Shown here one piece after another: positions 58,701 through 64,000 of a DNA stretch of 64,000 nucleotides (its first letter is position 1; every line of letters starts with the position of its first letter). The stretch covers positions 32,001 through 96,000 of the forward strand of contig JANNVQ010000054.1 in NCBI GenBank assembly GCA_031414535.1, given 5' to 3'. The notes under the pieces were generated by a model. The model was not told the DNA's origin, did not search any database, and saw only the letters and a program-made list of their open reading frames with translations. The position numbers and the translations under genes were made by a program. The stretch is from Gemmatimonas sp. GTDB lineage: Bacteria; Gemmatimonadota; Gemmatimonadetes; Gemmatimonadales; Gemmatimonadaceae.

Positions 58701-58903
58701 AGCGTCTTTCCTCCAACGATGCCGCCGCCGCACAAAGCCTCGCCCACCAACTACGCGGCGCCGGGGGAAGCTTTGGATTCCCGCTCATCAGCACCGTCGC
58801 CGGCGCACTTGAGGACGCGCTCATCGCGGGCGATGGCGCAGCCGCCGCTCGTGCGGTAAGTGACCTCGCCGCGCTCGCCGAAGCTGCCGAACGCGGACTC
58901 TGA
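55724..58903 (+). CDS. Hybrid sensor kinase (TM, NarX/PilJ-like sensor, 2 PAS, HisKA, HATPase, REC, HPt)
   Basis: VNEAGRQRYLSQ; FLANMSHEIRTP; NLVGNAVKFT; GGTGLGL; DMQMPEMDG; AHQLRGAGG. Confidence 0.92.
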   Translation: MTPHGSPQSRGGVGPRGWWRDVALVMVIAFVAERILHEAVGAVNLPSGLSGWADALALVLILGPLLSWILHRRALEAKLAVRHGSLETLPRSPHRSVRIAVLASLAVLVSMSLLALALERGSLRSAGAAAELVNEAGRQRYLSQVIARLAPLSVTDASAQLALREAIERFSRAVATSDSLRAEWLGAPAVSDYSAEASRARAAFIALMAAPPRDATEAQALAAAADRFLGPQDRYVARIGALTRGELEHLGEAQGRFAWAILVLFIGIALVVVEPAVRLLERQHRANGAMGREYERLALVAQRTSNAVVMTSPARQITWVNAAFTELTGFSLDEAQGKSPGTLLQGPGTDPATIAQVREALDAERSVRTVLLNYAKDGTQYWLDMSIEPLRDASGTLTGFMSVESDVTRLIETQQALERERAELHRLAAQAEEAQRVARIGNWEYDLETGSVDWSLGIHLLFGRDPALGPPTFEEMLAGYAPQGADELRAAIATTAASGEPYSLILRTASSNPDVRFVRGIGHVRRGPEGRATALYGTVADLTAPVELQAQLETARRSAEAASLSKSEFLANMSHEIRTPLTVIMGFADVLRDRALLSPDGAAQLETIATIQRAGEHLIRVINDILDISKIEAGRMEVERVDTDVSALFRDVESLIRPRALGKGIDLTLAVLTPLPAQILTDPTRLRQILMNLVGNAVKFTETGGVTLDVSVVGSDAARLFVVGVEDSGIGMTPEQASALFVPFSQADTSVTRRFGGTGLGLTISRRLAALMGGTVELVRSAPGRGSRFELRLPLQPGEDGGEISEFSSAVSQSLSAAIALDALAGRRVLLAEDGPDNQVLISLLLESVGATVVLAANGRIALDIASQTEPPGAAFDLVLTDMQMPEMDGYTLARQLRARGSDVPIIALTANAMAEDRARCLDAGCSDYATKPIDRAVLVQTCARWATTHARGQLEHRLPQKMVSAHAGHRLLGKLSRDFAEALPARVRTITERLSSNDAAAAQSLAHQLRGAGGSFGFPLISTVAGALEDALIAGDGAAAARAVSDLAALAEAAERGL

Positions 58904-58914
58904 AATCGGTTGCG

Positions 58915-60297
58915 CTACAACAACCAGCGTGGATCGGCCGACGGCAACGAATCCCACACGGGCTGCATTGACTGCCAATCAGGATGTCCAAACTGGTAGT
59001 ACGTGAGCTGCTTACCCAGCTCCACGCCGGGCTGGTCGAGCGCATCGATGCCGTACAGCTGGCCGGCGTAAATGGTGGCGAGTTCGAAGAACATGAACAG
59101 GCCCCCGAGATGCCAGGCGTCCACCTGCGAGACGCGCAACGTCATCGACGCACGCCCGCCCCGCGCCAGCGCTCCTGCCGTCGCTCGGCACTCTGCGCGG
59201 AGCAACTCCCCAAACGTGCGGCCCTTCAAGTAGGCGAGTTCCGCGGGCGCACCATCACCGAAGGGAATCACCAGATCGTCGGGGTGTGACGCCACGTCGA
59301 TAAAGGTCACCGTCTTGTCGAGCGGTCCTTCCATGAACAACTGCACCTGCGCGTGCTGGTCGGTGGCGCCAACGGCGGCGATGGGCGTCGGTCCCACGTG
59401 CTCACCATCGGGACGGCGCTTGCCCAGCGACTCCGCCCAGAGCTGCACGAACCACGGCGCAAGGTCGCGTAGCGCATCGCTGTACGGCATGAGGACCTGC
59501 GTCCCCTGTCCGGCCACGCGATGCGCGCGCCACTGCAGCGCGGCGAACGCGAGCGCAGGATCTTCGCGCATAGAGGCGCCAGCGCAACGATCTCGCATAG
59601 CGGCGGCACCGGCCACCAGCGCCTCCACATCAACGCCGAGCAAGGCCGAGGGCAAAGTGCCAACCGGACTCAGTACGCTGAAGCGCCCGCCCACATTGGC
59701 TGGCACCTCGAACGCGGGCACGCCTTCGCTTTCGGCCACGCGGCGCAGCGCGCCCTTGCTGGGATCCGTGATGAACGCGATGTGCTCGCGCGCCGGCAGG
59801 CCGGCCTGCCGCAGTCGCTCGCGCACCAACAAGTACTGCGCCATGGTCTCGGCGGTGCTACCCGACTTAGAGATGACCAAAAAGCGCGTGCGCGCGAGGT
59901 TCACGAAATCGAGCAGTCCTGCTACGCTGCGCGGATCCACATTGTCGAGCACATGCAGGCGCGGACGCCCGTCGCGCTGCTCGGGGCTGCGTGCATTCCA
60001 GTCGCGTGGCAGCAGCGCGGTGCGCAGGCAGGTCGCGCCGAGCGCGGAGCCGCCGATACCGAGGACCACGACGTCATCAATGCCACGCCGCACGGTCGCG
60101 GCCCAATCCTGCACGCGCGCCCGCTCGGACGCATGCGCCTCGAGTTCGCGAAAGCCGAGCACCCCGCGCGCGGCCTGCTCGCGCGCGCCAGCCACCGCTG
60201 AGACAAGCGTTGGAGCGAGTGCGTCGAGTTCCGCAGCATCGGGTCCCGAGGGCACCGCCGAACGCAGCATTCCGCTCACATCCAAATGAATCGTCAA
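58915..60297 (-). CDS. pgi: Glucose-6-phosphate isomerase
   Basis: GIGGSALG, SKSGSTAET, VGGRFSV, QLWAESLGK, DQH, DQPGVELGK. Confidence 0.93.
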   Translation of the reverse strand: MTIHLDVSGMLRSAVPSGPDAAELDALAPTLVSAVAGAREQAARGVLGFRELEAHASERARVQDWAATVRRGIDDVVVLGIGGSALGATCLRTALLPRDWNARSPEQRDGRPRLHVLDNVDPRSVAGLLDFVNLARTRFLVISKSGSTAETMAQYLLVRERLRQAGLPAREHIAFITDPSKGALRRVAESEGVPAFEVPANVGGRFSVLSPVGTLPSALLGVDVEALVAGAAAMRDRCAGASMREDPALAFAALQWRAHRVAGQGTQVLMPYSDALRDLAPWFVQLWAESLGKRRPDGEHVGPTPIAAVGATDQHAQVQLFMEGPLDKTVTFIDVASHPDDLVIPFGDGAPAELAYLKGRTFGELLRAECRATAGALARGGRASMTLRVSQVDAWHLGGLFMFFELATIYAGQLYGIDALDQPGVELGKQLTYYQFGHPDWQSMQPVWDSLPSADPRWLL

Positions 60298-61073
60298 CTG
60301 GAAATCTCCACAGTAAGTCCGTCGTACGCAGGCATGACGCCCGCAGGCAGCGCCGCTTCGAGCGCGGCATGCGCCGTCTCATGCGTGAGGTGAGTGAGGT
60401 AGGTGCGTTTGGCGCCCACACGCGCGGCGGCCTCCACGGCCTCGCCCAAGGAGAGGTGCGTGGGATGCGAGGTCCGGAACAGGGCATTGAGCACGAGCAC
60501 GTCTGCACCACGAAGCTGCGCCACGGCCGCGTCAGTGAGCTCCTTGGCGTCCGTAACGTACGCCAGCGGTCCGATGCGATAGCCGAAGACGCGAATACGG
60601 CCGTGCGGAAGCTCCACGGGCACCACGTCCAAATGGCCGATGCGGGTGCTGATGCCGGGCTCCATGACGTAGGCAAACCCCTCGGGCTTCGTGGTGCCCG
60701 GTAGCGGCTTCATGGCGGAGTCGAAAATGTACGGGAAGCGCCTCGCGAGGGACTCGAGCGTCTCGCGCGGCCCGTACATGGGCAGGGCACCATCCCGACG
60801 CACGGAGATGGCCCGCACGTCATCAATACCGTGCGTATGGTCGGCGTGTTCGTGTGTGAACAGCACCGCGTCCACGCGATCCACACCCGCAGCAATCAGC
60901 TGCAGGCGCAGTTCCGGTGGCGTATCAATCAGCAAGCGCAGGCCGGCGTCTTCCACCACGGCACCAACACGCGTGCGCTTGTCGCGCGGATCCTCGGACC
61001 GACAGACCGCGCACCCGCACCCAATCTGCGGCACGCCAAAGCTCGTGCCGGTGCCGAGGAAGGTCAGCCTCAC
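60294..61073 (-). CDS. MBL-fold metallo-hydrolase (PhnP-like)
   Basis: FLGTGTSFGVP, CGCAVC, THEHADHTHGIDD, THLTH. Confidence 0.9.
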   Translation of the reverse strand: MRLTFLGTGTSFGVPQIGCGCAVCRSEDPRDKRTRVGAVVEDAGLRLLIDTPPELRLQLIAAGVDRVDAVLFTHEHADHTHGIDDVRAISVRRDGALPMYGPRETLESLARRFPYIFDSAMKPLPGTTKPEGFAYVMEPGISTRIGHLDVVPVELPHGRIRVFGYRIGPLAYVTDAKELTDAAVAQLRGADVLVLNALFRTSHPTHLSLGEAVEAAARVGAKRTYLTHLTHETAHAALEAALPAGVMPAYDGLTVEISS

Positions 61074-62497
61074 ACCGTCTCTACCTTCAGCTGGTTGGTG
61101 GTGCCGGGCACGTCAAACGGGACACCGGCCGTGATGACAATCCTCTCCCCCGCCTGCGCCAGCTTGTGCTTGAGGAGCAGGTCTCGCGCCAAGCCTGCCA
61201 TCTGATCGTAGGTGTCGCAGTGTGGCACCAAGAACGGCGTGACGCCCCACGTGAGCGCCAGCTGATTGTAGGTGCGCACATTGTCCGTGAGCACCACGAT
61301 GTTCACGTTGGGACGCCGAGCCGCCACGACGCGGGCGCTAAAACCGCTCTTGGTGAAGACCACAACGGTATGCGCCCCGAGCAGTCGGACGGCGGTGACG
61401 CTCGCCGAAGCGATTGTCTCCTCGACGGTCGCCTCACCAGGCTGCAGACGGTCGAGCCCGAGACCGCGCGCCACGGGCGCCGCCTCGGCGGCCGTCGCAA
61501 TGCGTCGCATGGCCTGCACCGCCAGCACGGGGTGCAGGCCGGCGGCGGTTTCGGCCGAGAGCATCACGGCATCAGTGCCATCGAGAATCGCGTTCGCGAC
61601 GTCGCTGGCCTCGGCGCGCGTGGGACGCGGATTCTGAATCATGGACTCGAGCATCTGCGTGGCCGTGATCACCGGGCGGCCGTAACGATTGGCGAGCGAG
61701 ATGATACGCTTTTGTTGCAGCGGCACTTGCTCGAACGGCAGTTCGACACCGAGATCACCGCGCGCCACCATCACGGCATCGGACACCTTGAGGATGCCCT
61801 CGATGCGCTCGAGTGCAGAGTCCTTCTCAATCTTGGCGACGACTAGCATGCCTTTGGGCAGCAGGGCCTTCAGCTCAAGAATGTCCTCTGGCCGACGCAC
61901 GAAGCTCAGCGCGAGGTAGTCAATATCCTGCTCGATCGCGAAGAGAATGTCCGCGCGATCCTTCTCGGTGAGCGACGGCGCAGAGACATCAATGCCCGGG
62001 AGGTTCATCCCCTTGTTGCTCTTGAGCAGTCCGCCGTAGCGCACCGTGGCGTGGACACGCGGGCCTTCAACCTTCGTCACCTCAAGGGAGATGAGCCCAT
62101 CGTCCACGAGAATGTTTCCACCCACATGCACGTCGGTGGAGAGGTCATCGTAGGTGACTGGGATCTCGCCCTCGGCGGCCGTGTCCTCGTGGACGAGCAC
62201 GACGGTGTCCCCAACCGCGAGTGTGAGGGCTTCGGCGAGTACACCAATGCGAATACGCGGGCCCTGCAGGTCGCCGAGGATGGCCACGGGCCGGCCCATG
62301 TCCTCGGCGATGGCACGGATGTTCTGCACCGTGCGCGCATGCATCTCGTGCGCGCCGTGCGAGAAGTTGAGCCGTGCGACATTCACCCCGGCGAGGATCA
62401 GCTGCCGGATGACATCAGGTGATGACGACGAGGGGCCAATCGTGGCGACGATCTTGGTGACGCCGGTGTTCTGCCAAGCGGTGGAGGAATTGTTCAC
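61070..62497 (-). CDS. pyk: Pyruvate kinase
   Basis: TKIVATIGP, RLNFSHG, DLQGPRIR, AKIE, ARGDLGVE, ATQMLESM. Confidence 0.96.
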   Translation of the reverse strand: MNNSSTAWQNTGVTKIVATIGPSSSSPDVIRQLILAGVNVARLNFSHGAHEMHARTVQNIRAIAEDMGRPVAILGDLQGPRIRIGVLAEALTLAVGDTVVLVHEDTAAEGEIPVTYDDLSTDVHVGGNILVDDGLISLEVTKVEGPRVHATVRYGGLLKSNKGMNLPGIDVSAPSLTEKDRADILFAIEQDIDYLALSFVRRPEDILELKALLPKGMLVVAKIEKDSALERIEGILKVSDAVMVARGDLGVELPFEQVPLQQKRIISLANRYGRPVITATQMLESMIQNPRPTRAEASDVANAILDGTDAVMLSAETAAGLHPVLAVQAMRRIATAAEAAPVARGLGLDRLQPGEATVEETIASASVTAVRLLGAHTVVVFTKSGFSARVVAARRPNVNIVVLTDNVRTYNQLALTWGVTPFLVPHCDTYDQMAGLARDLLLKHKLAQAGERIVITAGVPFDVPGTTNQLKVETV

Positions 62498-62501
62498 AGG
62501 T

Positions 62502-63647
62502 TCAGCGGCCGGCGCCGACCGCGTGCCCGAGGGCCGCCGTCTTTTGCTCGATGCCAGCAATGAGGGAGTCGAACGACTTCTGGAATGACGTGAGACCTTC
62601 GGCGAGCAACTTGTCGGTCACGGCATCGAGCGTGATGCCGTGCTGTTCGAGTTCCGCAAGGACGGCATCCGCGGCGGCCAGATCGCGGTCCACGGCGCGC
62701 ACGGTCACACCGTGGTCACGATAGGCTTCGAGCGTATTGGGCGGCATCGTGTTGACCGTGTCGGGACCGATGAGCCCCTCCACATAGATCGTGTCGCGAT
62801 ACGACGGATTTTTGGTGCTGGTGCTCGCCCAGAGCGGGCGTTGCAGCTGAGCGCCCTTTGCGGCCAGCGCACTCCAGCGCGTGCCGCTGAACTTCTCGCG
62901 GAACAGGCGGTAGGCGCGCTTCGCATTGGCGATTGCCGCTTTGCCCTGCAGATGCGTGGCCACCTCGGCGCTGATTGTGCCGGCCTTCGCCAGCGCGTCG
63001 AGCTGGGCGTCAATCGCGGAGTCCACGCGGCTGACAAAGAACGAGGCCACGCTGGCCACATGATTGAGCGGCTGGCCCGCGGCTGCGCGACGCTCGAGTC
63101 CGGAGATGAACGCCTCAATCACGCGCTCGTGCGCCGCCACGGCGAAAAGCAGCGTGACGTTCACGTTGAGCCCGTCGGCAATCAACTGCTCAAGGGCAAT
63201 ACAGCCCTCTTCTGTGCCAGGCACCTTGATCATCACATTCGGGCGGTCCACCGTCTGCCAGAGGCGATGCGCTTCGGCGACGGTCGCCGCAGCGTCATGC
63301 GCGGCACCAGGCGACACCTCAATGGACACATAGCCATCGAGCATCTTCGTGGCGTCGTAGACCGGGCGAAAAATGTCGCAAGCCGTGCGCACATCATCCG
63401 TCTCCACGAGCTCAAACAGCTGCCAGGCGGTCTTCCCGGCTGCCGCGGACTTTAGCTGGGCGTCATAAGCCGAACCCGAGGCAAGCGCCTTCTCGAAAAT
63501 GGTTGGGTTGGACGTGATGCCGGTGAGGGCTTCGTCTCGAATGCGGCGGGAGAGGGTATCGCCCTGCAGAAGCGAACGGTCAATGAAGTCGAGCCAAATG
63601 GACTGGCCAGCGGCGTTGAGTGCGTGCAATGGTGTGGAGGCGGACAT
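62502..63647 (-). CDS. tal: Transaldolase
   Basis: GQSIWLD, TSNPTIF, NVMIKVP, ASFFVSRVD, RPLWASTSTKNP. Confidence 0.95.
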   Translation of the reverse strand: MSASTPLHALNAAGQSIWLDFIDRSLLQGDTLSRRIRDEALTGITSNPTIFEKALASGSAYDAQLKSAAAGKTAWQLFELVETDDVRTACDIFRPVYDATKMLDGYVSIEVSPGAAHDAAATVAEAHRLWQTVDRPNVMIKVPGTEEGCIALEQLIADGLNVNVTLLFAVAAHERVIEAFISGLERRAAAGQPLNHVASVASFFVSRVDSAIDAQLDALAKAGTISAEVATHLQGKAAIANAKRAYRLFREKFSGTRWSALAAKGAQLQRPLWASTSTKNPSYRDTIYVEGLIGPDTVNTMPPNTLEAYRDHGVTVRAVDRDLAAADAVLAELEQHGITLDAVTDKLLAEGLTSFQKSFDSLIAGIEQKTAALGHAVGAGR

Positions 63648-63759
63648 CGGCGTAGGGCAAGAGTGACGGGGGCGAGCCGACAATTTACCATTCCGTAGCG
63701 CCCAATGCGTCAAAGCGGCACCTTTCTTTTTCGCCCTCCCCGCCCCCGTTCCCGATTCC

Positions 63760-64000
63760 GTGGATCTGAACGAACCGCTGACCGGCCCTACAGGCACCAC
63801 CCGAGCCGCCTGGTGGCGACGATTGTCGCTGACGGCGCAGTTGGCGTCCATTGGCGTGATGGTCGCCATGGCGTGGTTCCTCACCGCGCGCCTCGCCTCC
63901 GAAGTGCAACGGGAAGAGACGAGGCAGATGGGCGAGCGTTTGGACCGTCTGCACTTAGCAGAAGTCGCGACGGTGCGTCTTCAGTCCTCGCTCAACGCCA
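63760..64000 (+). CDS. Partial membrane protein, possibly a sensor N-terminus (runs off right edge)
   Basis: Open frame from GTG: MDLNEPLTG...WWRRLSLTAQLASIGVMVAMAWFLTARL... with one TM helix. Confidence 0.5.
   Translation, partial: MDLNEPLTGPTGTTRAAWWRRLSLTAQLASIGVMVAMAWFLTARLASEVQREETRQMGERLDRLHLAEVATVRLQSSLNA

Noticed and set aside
48366..63647. Calvin-cycle (cbb) cluster from PRK-like gene, fba and tal
   Set aside because: No RubisCO, transketolase, FBPase or cbbR; the genes are dispersed and fit ordinary glycolysis and the pentose phosphate pathway.

Overview
GC-rich bacterial chromosomal window. Gene content and protein style (pilin-like KxDLRNLxxAQEA proteins, mglBA beside recR, expanded MacB-type permeases) suggest Gemmatimonadota; this is an inference. 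It is mostly core and envelope genes: a partial membrane sensor kinase; a TolC-MFP-ATPase efflux operon with six tandem MacB/FtsX permeases in three A/B pairs; a DEAD-box helicase; an M28 peptidase; bshB1-kynA-kynB; LytS/LytTR; rsmD; iscS-[rtcB]-mnmA; osmC; two pilin-like genes; grpE-dnaJ; cinA-pgsA-mglA-mglB-recR-ybaB-dnaX-ffs (SRP RNA); a degenerate phosphoribulokinase-like gene; a NarL-type two-component system; ltaE; and central-carbon genes (fba, pgi, pyk, tal). I saw no CRISPR array, tRNA, rRNA, transposase or prophage. The most notable signal is an rtcB RNA-ligase cassette between iscS and mnmA. It has its own sigma70-type promoter, a 49-codon leader ORF, an antiterminator/terminator pair and a further structured RNA, making it a candidate translation-stress attenuator for RNA repair. 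Other signals are nested MITE-like palindromic elements, apparently widespread leaderless promoters, a sigma54 site before grpE, an MglA insertion and pilins lacking a prepilin cleavage site. All family assignments come from motif recognition by eye, not database searches. Several start codons were adjusted from the ORF track.
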